Assembly (NCBI GenBank): GCA_016186995.1
Contig: JACPKQ010000005.1
Span: forward strand, 2,593 to 66,592
From: Deltaproteobacteria bacterium
Lineage (GTDB): Bacteria > Bdellovibrionota > JACOXK01
Length of the DNA stretch: 64,000 nucleotides
Direction: 5' to 3'
Shown here: in pieces, positions 28,567 to 38,393 of the stretch
Layout: each line of letters begins with the position of its first letter
Numbering within the stretch: position 1 is the stretch's first letter
Made by a program: the position numbers and the translations under genes
The notes under the pieces: model-generated
What the model saw: the letters and a program-made list of their open reading frames with translations, nothing else
What the model was told of the DNA's origin: nothing
Database searches by the model: none

Positions 28567-31245
28567 GTGAAGAAACCTATACTTATACTACTTTCTCTAT
28601 CACTTGCTGTTCTTTTTTCTATACAAGAAGGAAGGCCAGCCCCAAAAATAACTAACACTCAAACTATTCCTTTTGAAACAAATCCATTTGATCTTATGGA
28701 AGAAGATCTGATTCTTTTAGGACTTCCACTTGAAAGCGTGTCTCAAGAAGAAAAAGCTCACATCATTCAAAACATTGAAGAAACAGTTGCTCATTATTCT
28801 GGAGAAAATAGAACACAACTTAAAATGGCTGCTGCTGATGCACTAGCAAGTGTGATCACCAATGATGATTCAATAGCAGGTGTTGGGCTTGTTTCAAGAG
28901 CAACTGGTGCCGCCTACAACTTAAATACACACACCCCCACACTTCAAAAAGCTCTGTGGAAAGTTCACTTTTTAGAAAACAATAGAATTGATGAACAAGT
29001 TATGCATCATGGACAAGAAATAGAGGATATGGCTGGCCTACGTTTTCCTGCCGGAAAAAAACCTCGCCCCTGGCATCAAGCTCTTCTTTCTCATCAAAAC
29101 TCAGCACGAGCTCTTTTAATTGGGCTTCAAAACCCAGATGTTCATCGTGCTTTTGATAGTGTAGCTTTGCTGTCTCCTCGTACCCAAGAACCTACAGAAG
29201 AAGAAACAGAAATATTAAATAGCCTTGTCATGAATCAAAATCTTCCTCCCACAGTACGAACAGATGCAATTGAAACAGCTCTCCGTTACCGTCATCAATT
29301 CAAAAAAAATTTAAAAACAGAAAATGATCATATAAGACTCTCATTTGTTGATGACACATTAGCACAAGGGTTTGATCAAAACATTCGCTACCACGATGAA
29401 TCTCAAGTTTTTGGGCATGGGGTTTCCGCACTTTCAGAAATTGAAGATTATAATACATTAGGAGAGGCTCTTAACTTTAGAATGCAGAAAAGAAATTGGG
29501 AAGAAGATGTGAGAGTTCCGGAAGAAGAGTTTGAAGTTTATAAATCATCTCTTAAATATTTTCTAGATGGAACACACAATGAATCTACAAAAGAAGATGT
29601 TTTAAATCATCTTCCCCATCTCATAAATACCATTCTTCACAAAGACCCTGTTGCGCTTACTGCACGAGCTCGTCTTTCTCAATTATTAGACAACATAAAA
29701 AAAACAATGCAAAGTTTATCTCCAGAAGAACGACTTTATGTAGCCGATCAAACCAAACTTCCAGAAGCCGCAAGTGAGTGGTTAAAAGAAAAATACAAAA
29801 TATTTCTCGACGACCTAGACCTTCAAAAAATAGGCGTCTGTAATGAAAAAGCAGATGGAAAAATTGTTTTAAAAAAACAAAAATCTCTTAAGGAAGATGT
29901 TGAAAAAATTGACCAGCTTTCAGAAAAAATTCAAGAAAAAAAAGCCCTCACAGATCCACATATATGTCTTGTTTCTACATATAAACTCAATGATACAGAT
30001 CAACTTGTATTAGATCGTCTTTTAAAGCTTAGAGCTCAACGCATGAAAAGCCTTGCCATTGCCTATCATGCTTTAAAATCTCAAGGATCAGAAGTTGAAG
30101 TACCTCCTCTTTGTAAATCAGAATTTCATCCCTTTTTTGATGACGAAAAAAATGAAAATACACAAAGTGCATGGCTTACAACAAGGGGAAAAGAAAAAGG
30201 AATCTCACAAGAAGATATGGATACTGTTAATGAAGCCAGGAACAATGCAAAAAAAACAAACAAAATGTCGGAGGAAGAATGGCACAAAACTCTCAATAAA
30301 GCTATTCAAGATTCCTATGCACTCGCAGATATTCAAGATGATATTCGATATTTTTCTGAAGGCGGTTTGCATTGGCGTTATGGTACAGAACAAGGTCTTT
30401 TAATATCAGAAGAAAGAAGAAGCCAACCACATTGGGTGGGTTATGCACGCCCAGGTGTGGGAGAATTTCCAACTTCAGCTCTTTTTAAAGATCAAGCACG
30501 AGATTCTTATTATGCTCCCCATCTCAACCAAGGAAGAAATCTCTATGAAGAACTTCATGAAAAAATAAAACAAAACCGTGCTCAGTATGACGCTCTCCTT
30601 GTTCAAACCGGGGGACTTGCAGCAGGGCTTGTTCAAGAGGGAGTTCCTTTTCATGATTTTGTTTACAAAGAAGTTCATTTGGAAGATGCCCTTTTAGAAA
30701 CAACTAACCATTCAGATGATTATTTAAAACAATTTGAAAATCTTGAAGACTTCCCACAAAGTTTGTGGAAACCCTTTTGGAAAAATATTTTTGGAGATTT
30801 AAAAATACCCATTTCTTCTGCTACCACTTATTCCTCTCCTGGCAATAAAGAAAACAGGGGTTGGAATCATCATCAGGAACGAACCATTGTTGATTACCCA
30901 AAATTGATAGGTCATTTACAACACGAAATTGAAAATATGAATCTAAGAGTACAAGACCCTCATGAATGGACTCAAGATGGACTCAAAGATCGTGAGCTTG
31001 CTACAAAATATGATCGCTATAAAAAAGCTTTAGAATTAATTCAAAAAAGATATGAAGAAAAAATGGATACTTTTAAAAAAGAAAAAGGGTTAGAGCTTCT
31101 TAAACAAGCACGAAACTACAATGATAAAAAATTAAACTCCTATTTGGAAGAATTATGCCTCGATGGCCACTATGGAACCGATAGCGAAAAAATTGAAAAA
31201 CTTCGTTACCTTGCGCTTGATGAAAAATTGAGAAAAGAGAATTGA
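28567..31245 (+). CDS. large secreted hypothetical protein, N-terminal part of a frameshifted gene
   Basis: 892-aa ORF with signal peptide; ends where the +1 frame opens. Confidence 0.75.
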   Translation: MKKPILILLSLSLAVLFSIQEGRPAPKITNTQTIPFETNPFDLMEEDLILLGLPLESVSQEEKAHIIQNIEETVAHYSGENRTQLKMAAADALASVITNDDSIAGVGLVSRATGAAYNLNTHTPTLQKALWKVHFLENNRIDEQVMHHGQEIEDMAGLRFPAGKKPRPWHQALLSHQNSARALLIGLQNPDVHRAFDSVALLSPRTQEPTEEETEILNSLVMNQNLPPTVRTDAIETALRYRHQFKKNLKTENDHIRLSFVDDTLAQGFDQNIRYHDESQVFGHGVSALSEIEDYNTLGEALNFRMQKRNWEEDVRVPEEEFEVYKSSLKYFLDGTHNESTKEDVLNHLPHLINTILHKDPVALTARARLSQLLDNIKKTMQSLSPEERLYVADQTKLPEAASEWLKEKYKIFLDDLDLQKIGVCNEKADGKIVLKKQKSLKEDVEKIDQLSEKIQEKKALTDPHICLVSTYKLNDTDQLVLDRLLKLRAQRMKSLAIAYHALKSQGSEVEVPPLCKSEFHPFFDDEKNENTQSAWLTTRGKEKGISQEDMDTVNEARNNAKKTNKMSEEEWHKTLNKAIQDSYALADIQDDIRYFSEGGLHWRYGTEQGLLISEERRSQPHWVGYARPGVGEFPTSALFKDQARDSYYAPHLNQGRNLYEELHEKIKQNRAQYDALLVQTGGLAAGLVQEGVPFHDFVYKEVHLEDALLETTNHSDDYLKQFENLEDFPQSLWKPFWKNIFGDLKIPISSATTYSSPGNKENRGWNHHQERTIVDYPKLIGHLQHEIENMNLRVQDPHEWTQDGLKDRELATKYDRYKKALELIQKRYEEKMDTFKKEKGLELLKQARNYNDKKLNSYLEELCLDGHYGTDSEKIEKLRYLALDEKLRKEN

Positions 31246-32218
31246 TGCTTACTATTATGGGAAGAAAAAAACGTTAGCAGATAAATTAACAACAGCCTAT
31301 CAAGCTTCAGGTGGAAAGTTTGGAACAAGTCAAACCCTTGTTGAATATGAACACGCAGCACAAGACGCTTTGAATGATTTTTGGTTCTCTGTTGCTTCCG
31401 CACCCGTTGGAATACTCTTTCATGCTAAAGGCATTGCAATTTTAGGAAGAGCCGCAAGAGCTTTGAAAGGTGCAAGACGTTTTAACGACGCACGCCATGT
31501 TCTTCACGCCAAAGGACTTCTCTCTCAATCTAAAAAATTGTGGAAATTAAATCCAAAAAAAGCACAAAGCTTATTGGAAGAAGCAAAAATCATTTTAGGA
31601 AAAATAGGAGCTCAAGATCCAGATGTACAACTCGCTCAATCCCTCTTAGGAGAAGTAGAAGAAGTAGGTATTCGCATGACTCGTGGCAGGCAACTTGAAA
31701 AAGCCTACAAACCTTTAAGAAAGTTTGCCCATGACCACTTAGTGGATGAAGGAGTTCAACTCTCTCGCCTTTCTGGAGGAGAACTGAAAGCTGCGCGCCT
31801 TCAAGCTATCGGAAGAATGACCCGTCTTATGAAAGCAGCAGGAGTTGCTGTAGATAACCCACAAAGCCTTGAAAATTTTGGACAAGTTTTAAAACAAAAT
31901 CCTCAATTTAGAACTCATGCTACAAAAATATTTAAGGCCTATGGTAACGACGACACACTTTTAAAAGAGACCATTTCTGAAGTTGGCGGCTTTTCAGAAT
32001 GGGCACCTATGGCCGCAAATTTAGCCGAACACTTTGAGGACCCTAATGATATCAAAAAATTTTTTGATCAAGTGATAGGAGCCCTTAAACCCCAAGTCTC
32101 AAAAATAGGAACCCCAATAGGATTTTCACCTGAACAATATGACGATTTTTTAAGACAGTTAAAAGATCCTCACAGTCCACTCTTTCAAAACTTTAAATCT
32201 ACAATAAGTTGCAGTTAA
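31232..32218 (+). CDS. C-terminal continuation (+1 frame) of 28567..31245
   Basis: Frame open from 31232 (EKRIDAYYYGKKKTLADKL...), 46 codons before the first start codon at 31370. Confidence 0.7.
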   Translation, partial: EKRIDAYYYGKKKTLADKLTTAYQASGGKFGTSQTLVEYEHAAQDALNDFWFSVASAPVGILFHAKGIAILGRAARALKGARRFNDARHVLHAKGLLSQSKKLWKLNPKKAQSLLEEAKIILGKIGAQDPDVQLAQSLLGEVEEVGIRMTRGRQLEKAYKPLRKFAHDHLVDEGVQLSRLSGGELKAARLQAIGRMTRLMKAAGVAVDNPQSLENFGQVLKQNPQFRTHATKIFKAYGNDDTLLKETISEVGGFSEWAPMAANLAEHFEDPNDIKKFFDQVIGALKPQVSKIGTPIGFSPEQYDDFLRQLKDPHSPLFQNFKSTISCS

Positions 32219-32244
32219 AGATTCCTGCCTTCGCAGGGATGACA
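32219..32244 (-). repeat. GTCAT palindrome (intergenic)
   Basis: TGTCATCCCTGCGAAGGCAGGAATCT on the minus strand. Confidence 0.85.
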
Positions 32245-32257
32245 GAGAGTTCGTTGA

Positions 32258-32310
32258 GACAACTACAGCGAGCCATGAAGCGGAAGACGCTGCCATTTCA
32301 AGAACCTAAG
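32258..32310 (-). mobile_element. partial (left-end) copy of the 158-bp MITE-like element
   Basis: Reverse complement CTTAGGTTCTTGAAATGGCAGCGTCTTCCGCTTCATGGCTCGCTGTAGTTGTC matches the start of copies B and C. Confidence 0.8.
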
Positions 32311-32372
32311 CCGTATAAACATGTGGATAACATCACATGTGCTCATCGCAACTTCCTTAGTTAGATTCCCGT

Positions 32373-32627
32373 TTGACTTTAAAGACATGCTTTTCTATTA
32401 TGGCTTTTATGGCTGAAAACAAAGAGAATTGGAAATCTAGTTCGTTTCTTATACAAGCATTTTTAGCCTTCATTATTCTTACAGGATTTCCTTACTACAC
32501 TTTTAAAAATAATTCTTTGGATATTCTTCTTTCTCATTGGTGGATGTTTATTTTTTTAGGGCTGTGGGCGATTGGCTGGTTTTTCTTTTTAAGATGGGTT
32601 ACCATAACCGTTAAGAACTCTAAATAA
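32373..32627 (+). CDS. small two-TM hypothetical protein (start uncertain)
   Basis: Two hydrophobic helices. Confidence 0.5.
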   Translation: MTLKTCFSIMAFMAENKENWKSSSFLIQAFLAFIILTGFPYYTFKNNSLDILLSHWWMFIFLGLWAIGWFFFLRWVTITVKNSK

Positions 32628-32644
32628 AGAGTCTAGAACCCCGA

Positions 32645-33034
32645 ATGAAAATCAAATTTCTTATTATTTTGATTCTCTTAAGCCTTTTTACAGCCGTCAC
32701 CTATTATTTTTACTCACTTAAAAAAGATAAACTTCATATTGTTCTCACCCCTCATGCTATTCAGATTTCTCTTGAGCTTGTTTCAACCAAACTTCCGATT
32801 GAAGATGATGTTGAAATTCATACAAGCCTTTTTGATTTGGAAGATAATGAAATTCTTTTTTTAAGAAGTAGAATTTTAGAAAAAACAAGAACGAAGTTTA
32901 ACTGGCACGAAACAGACCTCAACTTAGAACCAGGGCACTATAAAACTTTGACACAAATTATTTCTTTTCCAAAGCTTTATCCAGAAAAAATTCTTTTTGA
33001 AAAAACTTCGAAATTAAAAATTAAAGAAAAATAA
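32645..33034 (+). CDS. hypothetical N-anchored membrane protein
   Basis: 129-aa ORF, N-terminal TM. Confidence 0.6.
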   Translation: MKIKFLIILILLSLFTAVTYYFYSLKKDKLHIVLTPHAIQISLELVSTKLPIEDDVEIHTSLFDLEDNEILFLRSRILEKTRTKFNWHETDLNLEPGHYKTLTQIISFPKLYPEKILFEKTSKLKIKEK

Positions 33035-33048
33035 TTTTTCAATAATAC

Positions 33049-33184
33049 TAGATCCCGGATATTGCTAACGCAATTCCGGGATGACATTTTTTCTGTCATT
33101 CTGAGCAACGCGAAGAATATACTCTCGTATGCAAATTATACCCTTCACTGCGTTCAGGGTGACAGGAGTGCGTTCAGGGTGACA
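33049..33184. repeat. intergenic cluster of GTCAT/GTCAC palindromes between convergent genes
   Basis: GATCCCGGA...TCCGGGATGAC then GTCATTCTGAGC...TTCAGGGTGACA (tag end duplicated). Confidence 0.88.
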
Positions 33185-33192
33185 TTTCGAGG

Positions 33193-36100
33193 TCATTTAT
33201 AAGGTTTAGCCCGTTCAAGCACCTCTTCAATCAACTCAAATGTCTCTTGAAATTGAGAGTGTCTTTGAAAAAGCCTTGGCAAAACTTCTTCAAGTACAAT
33301 TTCTTTAGCTGTGCGTATTGTTACTTGAATGCTTTCCTCCCCCATTAAACTGAGTAACTTTTGAAGTTTAGATTCATTTACTTTCTTGACCCACAGATGA
33401 GGGGCAAACTCAATGTGTGGACCAAAAACAAGGGGCAGGGTTTTTACTTTAAAATGAGGTCCATGGAAAAATTTTATTTTGCAAAGATGTGAAAGGGAAA
33501 GCCCTTCTTTTTTTAAAAAAAGAGGAAACTCACTCATCTGTGTTTGAGTTATTTCTAAAATGTGAGTTGCATCACCTACACCTTTTAGTTTTTCATTGAG
33601 TCTTGTATGGAAAAGTTTATTTAAAAGACCTTGAAGTAGAGATAATCCTTCTGTGGGGTTTTGTTTTAAAAAACTAACAAATTCTTGAGGAGACAGTGCA
33701 CTCTTACCCCTCTCTCCTACTTTTCTCGTATAAGAAAAACTTTCTGTTTGAGGTAATTTCTCTGCTAATTTTTCTAATTTTTGAATCAGGTCTTCAGGCA
33801 TACCAGCATGGGGTATTTCTAAAAGTGCTTTTCTTAAATAAGAAAGTCCCTCTCCTGTTTGTAAAACTCTTTGAAGCTCTGGACTGTGTTCAATGGTTCG
33901 CATAAGCCTGCTTAACTGACCTAAAGACTCTCTTAAAAGATATTTTGAAAGCTTGATCGGCCTTGATAAAGCTAAACCATCTAAAACAAGTGAAAATTTC
34001 AACCAATTGATAGAGCCATAAGAGGCAAGGTGTTCTAGAAAACCTTCAGGATCATTGAATCCGTAAAGCTCCCTACGCAACCCATTAAAATCTTCGTAAC
34101 TTCCAAAACGCGCTTCTGATTCTGGAAGATTAGACATGAGATTATGATACTTATTTTGAAGCTCTTGATAATCTCTTACATAAACATAATAGTATTCAGA
34201 ACCATCAAGATAAGCGATGCTTGAAAGAAAAAATAAAGTTCCTACACTACCCGTTAAAAAGAAACTTCCTAAAAGAAAAACAGGCACACTTGCATAGCGA
34301 AAGATTATTTCTTTTGTCTGAGCACTTGCAAGATAGTTCTTATGTTCTTCCTTCATCATTTGAAATATTGGTTCAAGTAAAATTTTATCCTCACCTTCTA
34401 AAACTTTTTCTTCAACAACAGGGTTTATAAGAAGAAATAGTTTTTCTTCATAAGAGTTTCTTCTTGAAACCTCTCTCAAACCTTCATGAACACCTTTTAA
34501 ACTTATTTTAAGAGATTGATCGAGGATCTCCATTAAAGGATGTTTTGGAAGATCTCGAACTGAAACTTTCGCAAAATCTTCTTGGACAATACCCTGCTCT
34601 ACTAAAACTTCATAAAAATACTTTGGATTTTTAAAAAACTCTTCCATCGATTGCTCACTTACATGAGACATAAGATAAGGGGCTCCACTCATAATGCCTA
34701 CCCACTTCGCATTTAAAACAAAAAGTTCTATTAAATCATTTTTAATCTCTTCTGTAAGTGCTTCTATTTCTTGGGGATCTAAAGTTTGGTCTTTCAAAGC
34801 TTTAAGCTTTTCTTTTTGAGCTTCAATTTTACTTTCTTCTTCTTTGAGTTTTTGATCTAAAGATGAAAGCTCATAACTCAACTCTAAAGCTTGCATCATC
34901 CACTCTTTTCTTTTATTCCAAAAATCATAGAGGGGGTTTTCTTGAACAATTAAATTTTTAAAGGTTTTGAGCTTTTCATTATATGTATAATTAGGAATTT
35001 CAGCCTCTTCACTTAAAATATAACTACACTTAAAAAACAATTCATTTTCTATTTCTCCTAGTTTTAAAACCATTAAAGAAGAAGGATCAGAAAATCTTTT
35101 AAAAAACTCTTCTACAAGATGATCAATATGAATACTTCGTGGATAGTTATCTCTTCCTAAAATACCTGTAATCTCTATATAGAAAGGATCAACCAACTGC
35201 TCAAGATATATCTCTATTTTCTCTTTATAACGTTTTAACGCTTTTTCTTTTTTCTGAAGGATCTGTTGATAAAGATGTTCCATAAAATCTTTATGAAAGA
35301 GAAGTTGTGAGTTTTCTACCCTTTCATCTTTCCCTAAAAAAAGGGGGAGTTTAGGTAAAAGAAGTTTTTTCTCTCTAAACTCAAAATCAAGTGAGTCTGG
35401 AACTTTAAGATAAGGTTTTATGTTTTCTGGATGCTCATAAAAATCAGAAAGTGAAGTTGCTGCCACAACATTGTTATGGAGCAAAAACTCATAGGTCACA
35501 ACACGAGCTCTTTCTAAAATATTTTCTTTAAGGAAGTTTTCATAAGGATTTATCTTTTTTTGTAAAGTCTGATAATTCTCCAAAGCCTCAAAATAACCTT
35601 CTGGGTAAATGGGTTGCTCTGTATTGTATTGTATTTGTTTTGTGAGCTCTGCAAACTTTTCTTTGGCTTCGTCTCGTTTAGTTTTAAGATTGTTATAAGT
35701 TTCAAGATCAAAAGATTCAACACTCCCCCGCGCCTCTTTTTCAACAATAAACATAATAGGTGCTGAAACTTTTACTCTCACCTCATCTCCAAAACTTTGA
35801 GTTTCAAATTGAGGGTGTGCTTCAAGAGCTATATCAAGTCCCGTTGTAAAAACATCTTTTGAAATGTGAAGTTCATCTAAAAATTCACCCTGGAATTTTA
35901 AAGCATTATGTGACTTCCATGGATGATAAGAAATATATTTTTCATAAATATTTTTGATGAGATCTAAATAATCTTTAAGGATAAAAAACTTTTCAACAAC
36001 ACTAAACCCTGTTTGAGAAACATACCCTGCTTGAGCTTTAATTTCTGAATCATAATGGTAAGCTCTGAACGAAGGCTTTAAAGTATTAAAAAACTCGTCA

Positions 36101-37191
36101 AAATTTTCTGTATTTTCATGACTTTCAGAATAGAGTGTAAATAATCTTGAAAACTCTTCTTTAAAAGGTAGCTTCCCCTTTGACAGGTAATAGAATTTAA
36201 GTTTCTGGGCCTCTTCTTTATCAATTCCGAGCACATCAATAAGACGAAAATACTCAGTTCTTGGAATGGAATTTCGCCAATCAGGAAAATCTAAAATAAA
36301 TTGAACTATTCTCTTGTAATCTTCTAGTGCAAAAAAAAGTTTGGCTATTTTTTCTGAGGAAAAAAAATAATCTTTTTTCCATTCATCCTTATTTTTGACC
36401 CACTTCCACCCCGCAGTCCAAGTAAAGCCCCCTACAAAACGTTCATCTTTCAACCACACAACCCACTCAAACCAATCCTGTTCTGTGACGGAGTCAAAAA
36501 TACCTTTTGCTTTTTGTTTTGCCTCTTGTAATTCAAACCAATTTTGAATTTTGTCGATTTGATTAAGCTTTGCAATGCTTGTTTGATAATCTTCTTCATC
36601 CCCTATTTTTCCATTAAAATTAGAATCAAAAGAAAAGGCTTCAAAATAGTGTTCTATGGCTATTTGAGATCTTTCTGCTTCTATTTCAGAAATAATGGCT
36701 TGATGAAAGAGTCTCAGTGTTTCTAAATAAATAAACAAAATGCGTGCTTGAGTTTGATTTAAAGAAGATGATTTAAGAATTTGATTCAGAATTTCATCTT
36801 TATTAAAATCCCTTTTTAAATATTGATTATGCCTCACTTGCCAACTAGCCATCTCAACCCAAAAGTTCTTAAAAGGTAAAAATTCTAAAACTTTTTTTGT
36901 GTGAAGCAAAATAGAAAGAGCTTGGTAAGAAGCATGTCGTTCAACCCATACATTGTTTTCTAAAAAATAAAAAAAAACTTGAACAGCCTCTAACCAACGT
37001 TCAGAGGAAAGAATAAGGAGTTTAGGTTTAATAACTCGAACTTGCGGATCCAATTGAGGAAATTGAATAACAACATACTCTTGAAAAACCTCTTGTTCCC
37101 ATTGGAACCCCTCTGCAAAAACAGAAGTATAAAACAATAAAAACCCTACAAGGAATGGAACCGCTTTTAATTTCTTTTGGAAAAGAGCCAC
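33193..37191 (-). CDS. 1332-aa secreted hypothetical protein with late hydrophobic hairpin
   Basis: Signal peptide; TM-like YASVPVFLLGSFFLTGSVGTLFFLSSIAYL at about aa 965-995; no family recognised. Confidence 0.8.
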   Translation of the reverse strand: MALFQKKLKAVPFLVGFLLFYTSVFAEGFQWEQEVFQEYVVIQFPQLDPQVRVIKPKLLILSSERWLEAVQVFFYFLENNVWVERHASYQALSILLHTKKVLEFLPFKNFWVEMASWQVRHNQYLKRDFNKDEILNQILKSSSLNQTQARILFIYLETLRLFHQAIISEIEAERSQIAIEHYFEAFSFDSNFNGKIGDEEDYQTSIAKLNQIDKIQNWFELQEAKQKAKGIFDSVTEQDWFEWVVWLKDERFVGGFTWTAGWKWVKNKDEWKKDYFFSSEKIAKLFFALEDYKRIVQFILDFPDWRNSIPRTEYFRLIDVLGIDKEEAQKLKFYYLSKGKLPFKEEFSRLFTLYSESHENTENFDEFFNTLKPSFRAYHYDSEIKAQAGYVSQTGFSVVEKFFILKDYLDLIKNIYEKYISYHPWKSHNALKFQGEFLDELHISKDVFTTGLDIALEAHPQFETQSFGDEVRVKVSAPIMFIVEKEARGSVESFDLETYNNLKTKRDEAKEKFAELTKQIQYNTEQPIYPEGYFEALENYQTLQKKINPYENFLKENILERARVVTYEFLLHNNVVAATSLSDFYEHPENIKPYLKVPDSLDFEFREKKLLLPKLPLFLGKDERVENSQLLFHKDFMEHLYQQILQKKEKALKRYKEKIEIYLEQLVDPFYIEITGILGRDNYPRSIHIDHLVEEFFKRFSDPSSLMVLKLGEIENELFFKCSYILSEEAEIPNYTYNEKLKTFKNLIVQENPLYDFWNKRKEWMMQALELSYELSSLDQKLKEEESKIEAQKEKLKALKDQTLDPQEIEALTEEIKNDLIELFVLNAKWVGIMSGAPYLMSHVSEQSMEEFFKNPKYFYEVLVEQGIVQEDFAKVSVRDLPKHPLMEILDQSLKISLKGVHEGLREVSRRNSYEEKLFLLINPVVEEKVLEGEDKILLEPIFQMMKEEHKNYLASAQTKEIIFRYASVPVFLLGSFFLTGSVGTLFFLSSIAYLDGSEYYYVYVRDYQELQNKYHNLMSNLPESEARFGSYEDFNGLRRELYGFNDPEGFLEHLASYGSINWLKFSLVLDGLALSRPIKLSKYLLRESLGQLSRLMRTIEHSPELQRVLQTGEGLSYLRKALLEIPHAGMPEDLIQKLEKLAEKLPQTESFSYTRKVGERGKSALSPQEFVSFLKQNPTEGLSLLQGLLNKLFHTRLNEKLKGVGDATHILEITQTQMSEFPLFLKKEGLSLSHLCKIKFFHGPHFKVKTLPLVFGPHIEFAPHLWVKKVNESKLQKLLSLMGEESIQVTIRTAKEIVLEEVLPRLFQRHSQFQETFELIEEVLERAKPYK

Positions 37192-37233
37192 CAGGTTTTG
37201 TCTATACCAAACTTAAAGATAGAAATCCAATGT

Positions 37234-37707
37234 TTAGAGGTGGCAACCTCCGCCGTGCTTTTCATGGTATTTTTGGTGGTATTCTTCCGCTTTGTAAAAG
37301 GTTCCGGCTTTAAGAATCTGAGTCACAATAGGCTTTTTGAAGCGTTTTTCTTTTTCCAAATGTTCCTTATAAGAAAGAGCCTTTTCTTTTTGGTCTTCAT
37401 TTATATAAAAAATAAGAGATCTATATTGAGAACCTACATCCACCCCTTGTCTATGAGGGGTTGTGGGGTCATGAATTTTAAAAAAAGTTTCTAAAAGTTT
37501 TTCAAAGCTTATTTTTTGAGAATCATAAACAACTTCAACAACTTCAGCATGCCCAGTTTGATCTGTACATACATCTTCATAAGTAGGATTGTGAGTATGA
37601 CCCCCTTGGTAACCCACTGTTGTTTGAATGACACCTGAAAGTTCATCAAAAAGGGATTGAACTCCCCAAAAACATCCTGCACCAAAATAGACTTTTTCTT
37701 GTGACAT
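37234..37707 (-). CDS. msrA: peptide methionine sulfoxide reductase A (start corrected to MSQEK)
   Basis: FGAGCFWG, GHAEVV, QYRS, AEEYHQKY. Confidence 0.96.
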   Translation of the reverse strand: MSQEKVYFGAGCFWGVQSLFDELSGVIQTTVGYQGGHTHNPTYEDVCTDQTGHAEVVEVVYDSQKISFEKLLETFFKIHDPTTPHRQGVDVGSQYRSLIFYINEDQKEKALSYKEHLEKEKRFKKPIVTQILKAGTFYKAEEYHQKYHEKHGGGCHL

Positions 37708-37715
37708 ATTTTCTC

Positions 37716-38360
37716 TCAAGCACCACTTACAAGCTGATGGGCGAATCTTAGGGGTTCTGGAATCCTGTATCTTTGAGAACACTTTAAAATAATATGGGTG
37801 GCACTCACCAAAGATACCTTGTGTCCTACAGAAACAAAAACAGGTTTTACTTTATCGCGTGTGCAAACGACACGTCCCACTACTTTTTTCTTATAATAGA
37901 GAGGAACAAAATTTCCTCTTTCTAGTTTTAAAAAATCATATTCACCCACAAGTCTTTTTTTAGCACACCCTATCGTTGGAAGATCTAGAACAACCCCCAA
38001 GTGACTGGCTAAACCAAATTCTCTAAAATGAGCTATACCCTGCCCATCAACTAAAAGAAGATCCGGCTTCTTTTTTAAAAGTTTATAACATTCTTTAAGA
38101 GGAGGAATTTCTCTAAAAGACAAAAAACCAGGCACATAAGGAAAATCAGTTTCTGTTACCACTGTTTCACTTTCAAGCAATCTTAAATGAGGGTAGGTTA
38201 AAAGAACAATACCAGCCTTGACCCACGTTTTATCTTTTTGCTTTCGATAACTTACATCACAACCACCTATGATTTTAATTTTTGAAAACTGATCTTTAAG
38301 AATAATTTTTTTTCTTAAAATTTCTTGTTGTTTTTTTAATTTTTCAAATTGGATTGCCAC
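37716..38360 (-). CDS. nfi: endonuclease V
   Basis: IGGCDVSY, FPYVPGFLSFRE, VDGQGIAH, IPEPLRFAH. Confidence 0.95.
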   Translation of the reverse strand: MAIQFEKLKKQQEILRKKIILKDQFSKIKIIGGCDVSYRKQKDKTWVKAGIVLLTYPHLRLLESETVVTETDFPYVPGFLSFREIPPLKECYKLLKKKPDLLLVDGQGIAHFREFGLASHLGVVLDLPTIGCAKKRLVGEYDFLKLERGNFVPLYYKKKVVGRVVCTRDKVKPVFVSVGHKVSLVSATHIILKCSQRYRIPEPLRFAHQLVSGA

Positions 38361-38388
38361 GACTCACTCCGTTCGCCTCGCAATGACA
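38351..38388 (-). repeat. GTCAT palindrome overlapping the nfi start codon
   Basis: TGTCATTGCGAGGCGAACGGAGTGAGTC-GTG-GCAATCC. Confidence 0.85.
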
Positions 38389-38393
38389 GCAGT

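Noticed and set aside
31243-31245. Selenocysteine readthrough of this TGA, given selA nearby
   Set aside because: The same frame stops again after 12 codons; the continuation is in the +1 frame
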